Shown here: positions 30,015 to 41,100 of the stretch, piece after piece
Numbering within the stretch: the first letter of the stretch is position 1
Layout of the letters: every line of letters begins with the position of its first letter
Assembly: GCA_000004985.1 (NCBI GenBank)
Contig: GG738857.1
Source of the DNA: Naegleria gruberi
Lineage: Eukaryota
Strand: one strand, 5' to 3'
DNA length: 64,000 nt
Made by a program: the position numbers and the translations under genes
The notes under the pieces: model-generated
The model's database searches: none
What the model saw: the letters and a program-made list of their open reading frames with translations, nothing else
What the model was told of the DNA's origin: nothing

Positions 30015-33014
30015 ATGTCATCCAAAACGAACCCCATTACTAGGCATATGCCATCATTATTAGCACACTATTTATTGTTATTATTCTTCTTTATTTTAAC
30101 ACTTTCGAATAGTTTAGTCTTGGGCGAAAGTTATAATGTTTATTCTTGGGGATTAAATATGGATGGTCAGACCGGAATGGACCTTCCAACAACACCCGGA
30201 AGCTTTGCAACTCCAACTTTAAATCAACACGTTTCTTCCTTGCTAGCGAATCCAAATTCTCTATACGAAAGTGTTTACAACATTGCGACGAAACCTTCAG
30301 ACATTACAATCTCGTTAAAAACCATCATTCCAGGATATAAATACAATCTCTATTGGTTCACATTCACGAATACCACCTCATCCGAAACTACTGACCAATT
30401 ATTTTCATGTGGAGATAATACAGACTATTGTTCTGGACTAAAGTCTCCCAAGTTTACAACAGAATTACAAGTAGTTTATGAATATTCAGCAACTTCTAAT
30501 AACAGATATTTGGATGGATCACTTTCTGGTAAGAAACTTGAAAGTGTTGATTGTATGGTTTCGTGTATTGCTTGTACGAAAGATGGTTTAGTCTTTGTTA
30601 GAGCTAGTTCACAAAAATGGGCATGGTATGCAGTTACTATTGATTCTGGATTGGTAGATGCCCAAGGAATCACAGTTTCGAATAAGTGCAAAAAGGTTTC
30701 GGTTGGTGGAACTTCCACCTCTGCTACCTATTTTGTAATGACAGATTCTGGACATTTATTCTCATGGGGAGAGTTTAACAGTGCAATGAGAGGATATGAT
30801 GATGCAGAATATTCAGGAACTGCTCCTCATTTAATTTCTACTGTTTTTGGAGCTTTCGAATTTGCAGTTCTTAAGGATTATGATATTCCAGTAAATGATG
30901 GGTTGGGAGTTTTGGGATATTTGAACGATACTGGATTATACTTGATTGGAAAAAATACGTATGGCCTCTTTGGAATTACAGTCGATGATTTGTTTTATTT
31001 AACTCCTTATTTGGCAATTGATAGTCAAGTTATTGGTTCCAAATTGAAAAAGATTGTTTTTGGTTATGCCAACGCTTTGGTTTTGGCAGAATCTGGAAAG
31101 GTTTATGCATTTGGAGGAAATGATTATGGTCAAGTCAATCCAAGTGGTTACGGCCCTTATCAGGAAAGTGTAGCTGAAATTAGTTCAGTTTCTGGATCTG
31201 TTGATTGTTTCTGCTCTGCTCATGCATGTGGTTGTAGGCAAACAGGTGGAAGTTTCAAAACTTGGGGATCTGATAAGGAGAGAGGATGGACAGGAGCTGC
31301 TTTGTTCGATTACATTAACTTTCCCGAGTCAAGCTCAACATTTTCCTTATTAACTAGGGGAGGATTTGCCATTTCGAATACAAATAAGCTCTATGCATGG
31401 GGTGATAATACGAATGGATACATGTGCTTGGGAGAAAAGTCAATTCAGATGACACCTAAATTACTTTTCAGCGCAAATTATCAATTGAAACAATTGGTGA
31501 GTGGAGAGGCCTGTTCTTATTCTCTCGGTGAGAGTGGAGGAGTTTCCATTGTAAACATGTGGGGAAATTGCACGAATGGATTGGGATTTGGAATTGCACC
31601 AAGTGGAGGATACTTGTTCCATAATTTAACAACTTTGGATAATAGTTTGCATTTACAAGGGTTGAAATATTCTCAATTGAGTATGTACAACCTGCATGCT
31701 GGTTTCCTATCGAGCTCTACACAACAGAAACCTTACATGATTGGTTATGGTGATAGTATGAGATTGGGAACTACTAATTTGAATGATTTGGATGTGTTAA
31801 CAAGTGTTGACACTACTGTTTTGGTAAATGAGGATATTGTTCAAGTTTCTGCTGGTTATGATCATACTGTCTATCTTACAAGAGGTGGTTACTTGATGGG
31901 TTCAGGTGACAATTCAAAAAGACAATTGGATCCTTTGGATGTATCTTATTCTGAATTGTTGAACATTAGTACAACAGTAATTCAGGAAGCAGGAGAACGA
32001 ATTGTTAAGGTAGTTGCAGGAAAACAGACAACATTTGTCCTGACAGATGCTGGTCATATTTGGGGAAAGGGATCAAATGAACAACAACAAATAAGCAAAA
32101 ATGGTCCTTCTCCAATTACTGAATTTCAACAACTTGATCCAACAACTAAAAATTTTACCAAATTGGCTGTAGGAACCTATCCAATCGCGTGTGAAGCTGG
32201 CGGGTTTGCATACAGATTCTCTGGGGACAATAAGGGTCCATGGCAATATTTCTATACCTATATGGAGTCTTGCTCTGATGTGTTTGCCAAAGATGACATT
32301 TATTACTTTATCACAAATGTTGGAAAGGTTTATGCAATTGGATCAAATTATTATAATCAAATCTCTACTGTCTATGGATTGGATGAAGTTACCCTTACTG
32401 CAAATATGATCTTCTCACCTGTAAAACTTGGTGGAATGCCTCGAATGATTGCTGTTGGAAATGGTTTCACAAGCATTGGTGTTGAAGTTCCTTCATATAC
32501 TTGTAATGGAAAGAATTTCTCAGATCCAACTGTGTGTAACGGAAAAGGTTATTGCATTTCCCAAAATCAGTGCCAATGTGAAAACTCCTATTGGACTGGA
32601 TCTGATTGCAGCACTCCAGTTTGTATTCCTGTGGAAGGAGGAGCAATTTGTAGTGGAAGAGGAGTGTGTATTGCACCAGATACCTGCAAATGCAATAGTG
32701 GATATTTTGGATCCAGATGTGAAACATATTATTGTTTTGGAATATTGCCAGATCCTTATGGAATGGCAACTACTAAACCTTGTAACAATAGAGGAAGTTG
32801 TAAAGGACCAGATACATGTGAATGTACCAGCAGTGAATATTATGGAGATGAGTGCCAATTTAAGAGGTGTTTCAGTGGAAATGGTGCATTCTTAAAGAGG
32901 AATTCATTAGCAGATCGCTTGTGTAATAAGATTAATTCACAAATATTGAATATTACCTATCCTATTCCCACTGGTGATATGTCTGGTACTCCTAATATTC
33001 CGAATAGAGGGTAA
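30015..33014 (+). CDS. Secreted protein with N-terminal RCC1-like beta-propeller repeats and C-terminal tenascin-type EGF repeats (999 aa)
   Basis: Signal peptide (LLAHYLLLLFFFILTLSNSLVLG). At least 9 repeats of the RCC1 kind (YSWGLNMDGQTG, VYAFGGNDYGQVN, LYAWGDNTNGYMCLG, YLMGSGDNSKRQLD, HIWGKGSNEQQQI, VYAIGSNYYNQI). The C-terminal Cys-rich repeats read CNGKGYCISQNQCQCENSYWTGSDC, CSGRGVCIAPDTCKCNSGYFGSRC, and CNNRGSCKGPDTCECTSSEYYGDEC. Confidence 0.8.
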   Translation: MSSKTNPITRHMPSLLAHYLLLLFFFILTLSNSLVLGESYNVYSWGLNMDGQTGMDLPTTPGSFATPTLNQHVSSLLANPNSLYESVYNIATKPSDITISLKTIIPGYKYNLYWFTFTNTTSSETTDQLFSCGDNTDYCSGLKSPKFTTELQVVYEYSATSNNRYLDGSLSGKKLESVDCMVSCIACTKDGLVFVRASSQKWAWYAVTIDSGLVDAQGITVSNKCKKVSVGGTSTSATYFVMTDSGHLFSWGEFNSAMRGYDDAEYSGTAPHLISTVFGAFEFAVLKDYDIPVNDGLGVLGYLNDTGLYLIGKNTYGLFGITVDDLFYLTPYLAIDSQVIGSKLKKIVFGYANALVLAESGKVYAFGGNDYGQVNPSGYGPYQESVAEISSVSGSVDCFCSAHACGCRQTGGSFKTWGSDKERGWTGAALFDYINFPESSSTFSLLTRGGFAISNTNKLYAWGDNTNGYMCLGEKSIQMTPKLLFSANYQLKQLVSGEACSYSLGESGGVSIVNMWGNCTNGLGFGIAPSGGYLFHNLTTLDNSLHLQGLKYSQLSMYNLHAGFLSSSTQQKPYMIGYGDSMRLGTTNLNDLDVLTSVDTTVLVNEDIVQVSAGYDHTVYLTRGGYLMGSGDNSKRQLDPLDVSYSELLNISTTVIQEAGERIVKVVAGKQTTFVLTDAGHIWGKGSNEQQQISKNGPSPITEFQQLDPTTKNFTKLAVGTYPIACEAGGFAYRFSGDNKGPWQYFYTYMESCSDVFAKDDIYYFITNVGKVYAIGSNYYNQISTVYGLDEVTLTANMIFSPVKLGGMPRMIAVGNGFTSIGVEVPSYTCNGKNFSDPTVCNGKGYCISQNQCQCENSYWTGSDCSTPVCIPVEGGAICSGRGVCIAPDTCKCNSGYFGSRCETYYCFGILPDPYGMATTKPCNNRGSCKGPDTCECTSSEYYGDECQFKRCFSGNGAFLKRNSLADRLCNKINSQILNITYPIPTGDMSGTPNIPNRG

Positions 33015-33082
33015 AGTTTTATTTAAATGTGTCCAATAAATATTTAAAATAAACTCTATCTTCCAATAAAGTAATAATAAAT

Positions 33083-34081
33083 TTACAATTTAGAATTATT
33101 CTTATAAGCAGAATAAATTCTTTGAGTGGCAACAAATTCACCTCCCTTTTCTAATTTGATTGGTGTTTGAATTTGACCAACTTCAACACAGACAAACTTT
33201 TCATAATCCTCTGGTTTCATATCAGCCATCTTTTTACACTTTTCTTGCCACAAATTCCACACCACTACATTTTGAGCAGTATTAGCTTGTTGATCAATGT
33301 GAATTTCTCTTGTAGTGTGTGAATCACCTGATTCATCAACAATAACACTACGAATATCATCCAACATGTCCAAATAAACTCTATCAACTTCTTCGGAAAT
33401 GACAATAGGTTCTGATGGTGCAATAATAGTTGCTGACTTGTTGATCTTATCTACATATTGTACATGATGGTGATTATTGTGAACACCATCAATATGAGCC
33501 TTTCTAATATCTCCAATTCTGAAATAATTGTGGAATGCAAAAGTGAAGGAACTAATAACATCCCAATTAGTTGATTGTCCATTAGTTGCATCCACAACCT
33601 TCAATGACATATCCAAATGATTATCAGTCAATGAAACAATTAAGAAAACATCCAATCCATCATAATCAGCCATCATTTTAGCAATATCCTTGTTTTGTCC
33701 TCTATAAGCTCCACTCTTGATCATTTTGAGTGTTCCTACACTTTCCAATGATCCAATCTTTTGATCAACAACTTCCCACAAGACATTTCTAGCAAATCCA
33801 TGACTCATCGAGAGAGGTCCTTTATCAGAAAATTGTGGGAAACAAATAGGAACACCTCCTCTGATGGCTTTATCAGTAGCAAAGATTGCCTTCTCACTGA
33901 CAAATATCACTTCATCATTTAAAGCTTCGGAAGAATTTGGTGATGTACAACGATAGCTTGTAAGATGAGCACCATGCAAATGAACATCACATTGGCTTTT
34001 ACCATTTGGACTGGTAATTCGCAACATTTTCCATTCGGAATTGAAAGGACTGGCAAGAGTTTCAACCTTTGAAGAGGACAT
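33083..34081 (-). CDS. Glucose-6-phosphate 1-epimerase (YMR099C-like aldose 1-epimerase family)
   Basis: Hallmark motifs GGVPICFPQF and HGFARNVLWEV plus the overall length of about 330 aa. Convergent with the upstream gene, 68 bp apart. Confidence 0.85.
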   Translation of the reverse strand: MSSSKVETLASPFNSEWKMLRITSPNGKSQCDVHLHGAHLTSYRCTSPNSSEALNDEVIFVSEKAIFATDKAIRGGVPICFPQFSDKGPLSMSHGFARNVLWEVVDQKIGSLESVGTLKMIKSGAYRGQNKDIAKMMADYDGLDVFLIVSLTDNHLDMSLKVVDATNGQSTNWDVISSFTFAFHNYFRIGDIRKAHIDGVHNNHHHVQYVDKINKSATIIAPSEPIVISEEVDRVYLDMLDDIRSVIVDESGDSHTTREIHIDQQANTAQNVVVWNLWQEKCKKMADMKPEDYEKFVCVEVGQIQTPIKLEKGGEFVATQRIYSAYKNNSKL

Positions 34082-34785
34082 GTTGAAGATGATGAGAGTT
34101 GTTGTGTTGATTATTTTTTTTAAATAAACATTAAATGATGAAAATTGATATTAATAAACAATTTCCTGATATGTGATTTAAGGAGGAGAATAAGAGGTGT
34201 TAATAAGCGCAGAATAATCCTTTCTATGTGGATGGAATAATAATAATATTAAATATAAAATTCAAGCAATAATAAATATTAATTTGTAGATGGAAGAAAT
34301 ATTACAATCAAGATCTGAAAGTAAATTGTTGTAATATTAGAAATTCCAAAACAATACCACATCATTCTTGTTTCATTCCTTTCCAATAAATCACTCCACG
34401 CTATGAGTCCGCCTCGATAAATCTCACTCCTACTTTTACCAATTTCCTTCGCAACAGGTCAAACTCCTCCATTCTACTCCTTCTTCATATGAAGAAGTGC
34501 AACAACATAAGAAGCTTCATAGGCAACCTTATTCTCTCAATAGCACACAAAAAAGATACAAAAGAGAGCACTCTCAATACAAAGTAAAATCCAATTTTCT
34601 CTTCTTCTTCTCTTACTCAAAAGGAATGAAGTGAAATTGTATGCAATTGTTCATCACCATGTATTGGAAGTTGTGTATTGTTTATCATAATACACTCTTT
34701 AAATCAAGAAACCAACAACTGTCACTGAAATAGTGTTATTTTAGCTAAACTTGTCAAGCAAAATTTCAAGTATCATTAAAAAAAA

Positions 34786-37700
34786 ATGATGGTCAATCAT
34801 GAATTGACAGATGAAGATCCACCCACTCTACTCACAACACCACTCAAAAAACCGACACATTCACTTGAACAACAACAACAAGATGAATTGTTGATAATCA
34901 ATACATCTTCTTCTTCTTCTAATCGCAACGATGATTTTCCCTCCAAAAAAAACAACAATAATTCGGTAACGGCCGCAGCTGTAAATAATTTTTCTTCAAA
35001 TTCTCTCCAACAACAAGTACAATACAACAACAATAACGTCGAAAGGCTAAAGAACAATGCGAATAATAATAATAATATAGATAATTCTGGTGGTAATAGC
35101 GCTTCCTCTCCATTGCAGAGAACCAAGCCTTTTGTGGGATCTCCTGCTTCCAATCATACATCGTCTTCATCATCATTGAGAAGTCCTCTTTCTGCTCTGA
35201 CTCCAGGTGGAACGAACAAGGCTACCACTACTACTACTACAACAGAAGATATCATGATGGGTATCGATTCTGTTGCTGAGGAGGTTATTGTGGATGATGA
35301 AGAGGATGATGAGGATGACTTGGAAGTGGTCATCCACAAGACGACTAGACAAACTGAGGATGTTATTGGTGGTCCTGGCGTTGTTGGATACTACTCTAAT
35401 GAAAGCGATAATATGGATGAAGATGATGATATGGAGGATGATGACACTACTATGCAAACCCTCTCCACAAGTCATTCCTCTTCAATTTGTTCAACAACTT
35501 CACACACTAACAAGTTTCCAATGTTGGATTTGAGTGCTCTGAATGGGAATAGCAAGAAGGCAAAGCTAACCTCAGTGATGCAACACTCTTTCATGATTAC
35601 ACCAAAGAGAATTGGTTCCAACTTGGTGAATAGTTACGAGATGCACCACAACCAACACCATGGCAAGACAGGAGCTAGTAATCAACATGTAGATCAATTG
35701 GAGTTACCATCTTCTATCCATACCAAAATGTCTCAAAATGATGATGAAGATGACCTCAACCTAGGTACTCTCAACCTGAATAGAACAAAAACAGCAACAC
35801 AGCCACACCAAGTCTACTTGCACCGAAGAGGTATCAGCTTCTCCAAAGATGTTGACACTCAAGTTTATTCTGACGATGAGGAAGATGACTTGAAGTGTGT
35901 CACTAGTAATCTTGGTCACGATGATGATGAGCTACCAGCAATTAAAACCAAGCCTCATCATGAAAAGAGGGCCTCCGTAGTGACTCAATTCGATGATGAT
36001 GATTTGGGATTGAGCATTTCAACCAGAAAACCTTCAGATCCAATGATGATAGATGACGATGATCTTCAAATCAAAACCTTCAAAAGCCAACATCCTTCCC
36101 AACAGAAATTATTGATTTCAACTTCTAAACAACTTGGAAACCAACGAGCCATGACTGATGATGGTTCAGACTCACCTCTCGGTAAACTCAACATTTCTTC
36201 ATCTCATCAACAAAAACAAACCAAACGTAGTGATGATTCCAACAAATCATCCAACAATAATCAATTTTTGACCGTAGGAAATACTTCAAATGCACCTACA
36301 TATTCTCCAAGAAGTCCTAATAATACTAAATCAGTATCCTTCATGATGCCTTCCACACTGAAAAGTGGAGCCAACCCATATCACTACAATAAGAGCACTC
36401 CTTCAAAACCTTCAATTTTCAATTTGGAACGTCATGTTTTGAGCTCAGACGATGAATTTTGTAACTCGCAACTTGCTGATCCAGAATATGTTCGTCAACA
36501 TTTGGAATTACTCTTTGAAAATACCTCTTCTCACCAATGTCAAAAATTAGAGAAAGAGTTTGAAGAATTGGAGGAAATTGATATGACTACTTGGCTTCAC
36601 AAACGTTTATATTTCAGAACAGGTCTCAAATATATGGATATGAATAGATACAGTAATGTTTTACCTAACGAAGATACTAGATTTAAACTCTACAAGGGTA
36701 TAGGACCAGTAATGCACATGAATTTTTCCTCTCAACAAATTTTTTCCAATTTTGCACTGTTGGCTAATCCATTGACTATTAATACTGAGACACCAACACA
36801 ACCAAAACCAAGTTCAATATCTATTACAAGTAGTAATACTATCAATAATAGTACAACAACAACAAATAACAGTGCCAATAATACTACTAACAATACTCAG
36901 AATAACAGAGTGGTATCTCCAAATGCAGAATTGTTATCCTCGTGGGAAGAAGATTACATTAATGCCAATTTGATAAAGACAAGAAAGGAATTTCTCTTTA
37001 ATTGGGATGAATTCTCAATTAATACCTCTCCACTCAGTATTACCGGTTCCAACTCTGATAGCCCAAATACCAACTATAGCAACAATAGAAAGGAAAGGGA
37101 AGAATTAGCAGAGAAGGTGAATATGGTTGATTATATTTGTACACAAGGTCCTCTTCCATATTCTGCTTCTCATTTTTGGAGAATGATTTATCAGAGTAAC
37201 TCTCACATTGTGTTGATGATTGGTCGTGAACAGGAAGAAACTGGTGTCAAGTGTGCCATCTATTATCCTACTCCTTCTCCAACTGCCAATTCCTTAACAT
37301 TGTCTTCAATTCTGACAACTTCATCTTCTCTGGATGGTGTCTCTCCAAGAAATATGTTAACTATTCCTGGTATGAAGAATGGAGCTACTGATTCGATCAT
37401 TATTGATGTGAACCCTCCAAAGACCATTTCTAACACGCAAAAATGGAGACTTGAAATTACCATTCCAAAGAGAGAACATGGTGATGACGAAGAACCAGTC
37501 AAGTGGATTATGCCAAAGGAACTTGTTCAAAGAGCACTCGTTATCAAACTGAAGAGAACTAAGGTTAATTCTGATGACGAGGAAGTTTTGGATACAAGAA
37601 AGATTCACCTTCTTCAATATGTTGGATGGATAGATCAGAGTGTTCCATCTCAAATTTCTACTTTCCAAAAAGTTATTGATCATGTCAATGAATTAATTGA

Positions 37701-38127
37701 GAAGAGAAAGAATGATATCTTGTCATTGTCACCTCTGTTAGCTTCAAACACCATTTTGCCATCACATTTAGGAAAATCTGTTTTGGATACAGTTGGACCT
37801 ATTGTTGTTCACTGCTCTGCAGGTATTGGTAGAACAGGAACATTTTGTGCTGTTGATTGTGCTTTGAAACAATTCAGAGCTCACATTTTTAAACATGTAC
37901 ACTCTTTGAAAAATCAAAATACTGTCAGTCCTCCAACCTCCTCTCGTATGTCTAACATTCCTGCTTTCCCTTTCAATATTTTCAATATTGTTAAAAAGCT
38001 CAAAGAACACAGGACTGGTATGGTACAGACAGAACACCAGTATGAATTTGTTTATAAGGCTGTTATTAGATGCTATAGTGACATTCTTAAAAAGTACAAT
38101 ATTAACATGCTGGAAAGAAAGAAATAA
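34786..38127 (+). CDS. Classical protein tyrosine phosphatase with an approximately 600-aa disordered N/S/T/D-rich N-terminal region (1113 aa)
   Basis: PTP motifs in order are NRYSNVLPNEDTRF (KNRY), DYINANLI, FWRMIYQSNSHIVLMI (WPD-region context), the catalytic VHCSAGIGRTGTFCAVD (HCxAGxGRT), and the Q-loop QTEHQYEFVYKAV. Homopolymeric T8, N-runs, and DDD or EED tracts lie upstream. Confidence 0.85.
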   Translation: MMVNHELTDEDPPTLLTTPLKKPTHSLEQQQQDELLIINTSSSSSNRNDDFPSKKNNNNSVTAAAVNNFSSNSLQQQVQYNNNNVERLKNNANNNNNIDNSGGNSASSPLQRTKPFVGSPASNHTSSSSSLRSPLSALTPGGTNKATTTTTTTEDIMMGIDSVAEEVIVDDEEDDEDDLEVVIHKTTRQTEDVIGGPGVVGYYSNESDNMDEDDDMEDDDTTMQTLSTSHSSSICSTTSHTNKFPMLDLSALNGNSKKAKLTSVMQHSFMITPKRIGSNLVNSYEMHHNQHHGKTGASNQHVDQLELPSSIHTKMSQNDDEDDLNLGTLNLNRTKTATQPHQVYLHRRGISFSKDVDTQVYSDDEEDDLKCVTSNLGHDDDELPAIKTKPHHEKRASVVTQFDDDDLGLSISTRKPSDPMMIDDDDLQIKTFKSQHPSQQKLLISTSKQLGNQRAMTDDGSDSPLGKLNISSSHQQKQTKRSDDSNKSSNNNQFLTVGNTSNAPTYSPRSPNNTKSVSFMMPSTLKSGANPYHYNKSTPSKPSIFNLERHVLSSDDEFCNSQLADPEYVRQHLELLFENTSSHQCQKLEKEFEELEEIDMTTWLHKRLYFRTGLKYMDMNRYSNVLPNEDTRFKLYKGIGPVMHMNFSSQQIFSNFALLANPLTINTETPTQPKPSSISITSSNTINNSTTTTNNSANNTTNNTQNNRVVSPNAELLSSWEEDYINANLIKTRKEFLFNWDEFSINTSPLSITGSNSDSPNTNYSNNRKEREELAEKVNMVDYICTQGPLPYSASHFWRMIYQSNSHIVLMIGREQEETGVKCAIYYPTPSPTANSLTLSSILTTSSSLDGVSPRNMLTIPGMKNGATDSIIIDVNPPKTISNTQKWRLEITIPKREHGDDEEPVKWIMPKELVQRALVIKLKRTKVNSDDEEVLDTRKIHLLQYVGWIDQSVPSQISTFQKVIDHVNELIEKRKNDILSLSPLLASNTILPSHLGKSVLDTVGPIVVHCSAGIGRTGTFCAVDCALKQFRAHIFKHVHSLKNQNTVSPPTSSRMSNIPAFPFNIFNIVKKLKEHRTGMVQTEHQYEFVYKAVIRCYSDILKKYNINMLERKK

Positions 38128-38129
38128 AT

Positions 38130-41100
38130 TTAATTACCAATCATTTCAAGAATGCTTTGAGCAGTTACAACTGTGCAATGTGGATTCTCCTTGATATATT
38201 TCCTAGTGAGAGTTGTTTCTTGATCTTCAATTTCATCATGATCAATCTCTGCCAATTGATTTTCACTATTTACAATAATCATATCCAAAGACTTGATTTC
38301 ATTAGTAATAATTCCTCCGTTCAAAGCTATAGATCCTTTCAACTTTCTATTATTCTTATTTTCCATTCCAAATAGATAGATTTTCATGCCTTCTAGAGGG
38401 TCATCCTTAGCAGAATCTTCTGCTGCTTGTTGCTTTTGAGCTGGAGAAGCTGATACGGTTCTTGTTGGCGTGTTTGCAGCTCTTGTTGGAGTTGATGTAG
38501 GAGCTTTACTATTAGATTTTGTTGGTGTTGAACTTGTTGAGCTTTTGTGTTGTTGAGTTTGTGGTTGCTTATTCCAATTAGAATAAGACCCACTTCTATC
38601 AAAGTAATATATATATGTTTTGACTTTGGCTTTCAATAGGCATTTCTAATAAAATATTATTGTAAATTAATTAAAATGTAAAGAGCAAACAAACCTTAAT
38701 AATTCTTTCAGTTGAATACCAATCAAAACCTTGAATTCCAAATCCAATTCTAGGCATGTGCACTGTAGCATCCATTGTGACAGCAGAGTAACAGACTTTT
38801 GCTAGGGCAATCTCTAGAGCACTATTAATAATTGGACCGTGACCCTTTGATTTCTCATAGTGTTGAGCAATTACATTTACAATATAGGTTGATCCCTTCT
38901 TACTCTTTACAGGAGTGAGTTGAGCCTCACCGACTGAGATAAGATCCTGTTCACAAGCATTTTCATAAATTAGCTTGATTTTCTTCCCGTACTTGCTGGT
39001 AATATGTTTAGAAATACCAGCATTTGGAAATTGTCCAAAATCTGAAATAACACTGTTGAAATTGTTATCTTGTTTGTGAATAAAAATACTTACTTGACAA
39101 TAAATCTAGTACCTGAGTGTTCATATTTTTCAGGTTGAGTAACATCTCCTTTCACATATTGAATAGTATTACTGTCGGAAGTGATTGGAGAGAATGGTTC
39201 ATCATCTTCTTCCTTGTTGAATTGTTTTTCCATTAGATAAAGGTCCAATTCCCAATCATCAGGTATTTCAATCAAATGTGGATCAAATTCATCATACTCA
39301 GATTCCTCATCTTCATCATCACTAGTTTTAATCTTTCTTCTCTTGGTTGTTGCATTTCTTTTGGAACCTCTTGTTCTGGTTGAAATAGGTGAAATGTATC
39401 CATCATCGTCTTCATCATCTGAAGGAGATAATATGAGAGATTCGTCCTTTTCAACTTCTTTCTTCTTTGGTTTCTTCTTTGGAGCTGCCTTCTTTTTCTT
39501 AGATTTAGTATGGTGATCTGTTTTTTGAGAACATAGATCAATGCCAGCATCTCCCAACAAGTTTTGTAATGCCTCCACATCCTTTGAAGATGAAGTTGTC
39601 TTTGGTCGATAGTCAATTCCGTCGTACATGTAAATGGATCCAGATTCAACATCTTGTAAACTCTCCGCAGCACTTTCTAAAGATAAACTCAATCTCTTAG
39701 GTCCCTTCTTGGCTAATAATTCATCAATGGTGATACCAAGAAGCTTTTCATCTGATTCTTCAGCACTGACGTCAGAGGTAGAGTCCATAATTTTGTGTAA
39801 TCCAAATGAAATCATTTCCATAATAGTATCGGAAGAGAGTTTTTCATCAGAGCTTGAATCAAATGCATTCGAAACGGCAGATGATGTATCAATAGTATTG
39901 ATGGATAGAGCAATCTTTTTCATTGATCTTTTCAAGATTACTTCTTCTACTGAGCTTTCAGTGACCAATCTGTAAACTGTTACTGGCTTATCTTGACCTA
40001 TTCTGTGACATCTGGCCTGAGCTTGTAAATCCATTTGAGGATTCATATCCATATCCATAAAAATAACTGTATCCGCACTGGTCAAGTTCAAACCAACACC
40101 TCCTGCTCTAGTGGAGAGCAAAAAGACAAACACATCCTTATCTGTGAAACTCTTAATTGCTTCAAATCTTTCCTCTCCTCTGACAGAACCGTCGAGTCGT
40201 TCATAATTCCACTTTCTGAAAGAAAAGTAGTCCTGTAAAATGTCCAACATTTGAGTCATTTGAGAGAAGATCAAAACCTTGTGCCCTTCTTGTTTGAGCT
40301 TTTTCAATAGTTTGTCTAAAATAATCATTTTACCACTGTTATTCACAATATGTTCACCTTCAACAAATGGTTCTTCTTCTGCTCCTTCAAACATATAGGG
40401 GTGATCACAACATTTACGTAAACTCATTAGGACATTGCTGAGACCTCTAGAATTCTTCTTACCAATAGCATTTCTATCAGCCATGAGGAAACCCTTGTAG
40501 AATTTCTTTTGTAAAGTTGTCAACCTAGTATAGATGATGTGTTCTTCCTTTGGAGGAAGATCATTCTTGAGAACTTGATTCTTTGTTCTTCTAAGAAGGA
40601 ATGGCTTGAGAACAATTTGGAAATTATTCCTCACAGAATCAGCATCCACATCCTCAACATTTTCATCAATATCTTCTTCAATATCTACACTCTCAGAGAT
40701 GGATTTCTTCAAAGTTGATTTGGAGAGGAAACATTGCTGAGGGAACCAGCTGTCAAATGTTTCGAATAAATGATCAAAGTAAGTTGGAGCACAGAAATAT
40801 AGGAGAGCCCACAGTTCTTTTGTATTGTTCATTAATGGAGTACCACTCATGAGAATGACTCTTTCATACTTGTAGATTTGTTGGAGGGCCTTGTAAAGGA
40901 TTGAATTTGGATTTTTCAGTCTGTGAGCTTCATCCACACAAAGACATTTATATTCGAAACCAGAAAGAAAACTTTCATCATTTGTTACTGTTTCATATGA
41001 TGTAACAATAACATCATATGGAAATTCTCCACTCTCCGCAAACTCCTCATTCAAAGTATCTTGCAATTCTGCACGTTCTTCTTGATTTCCATGATATCTC

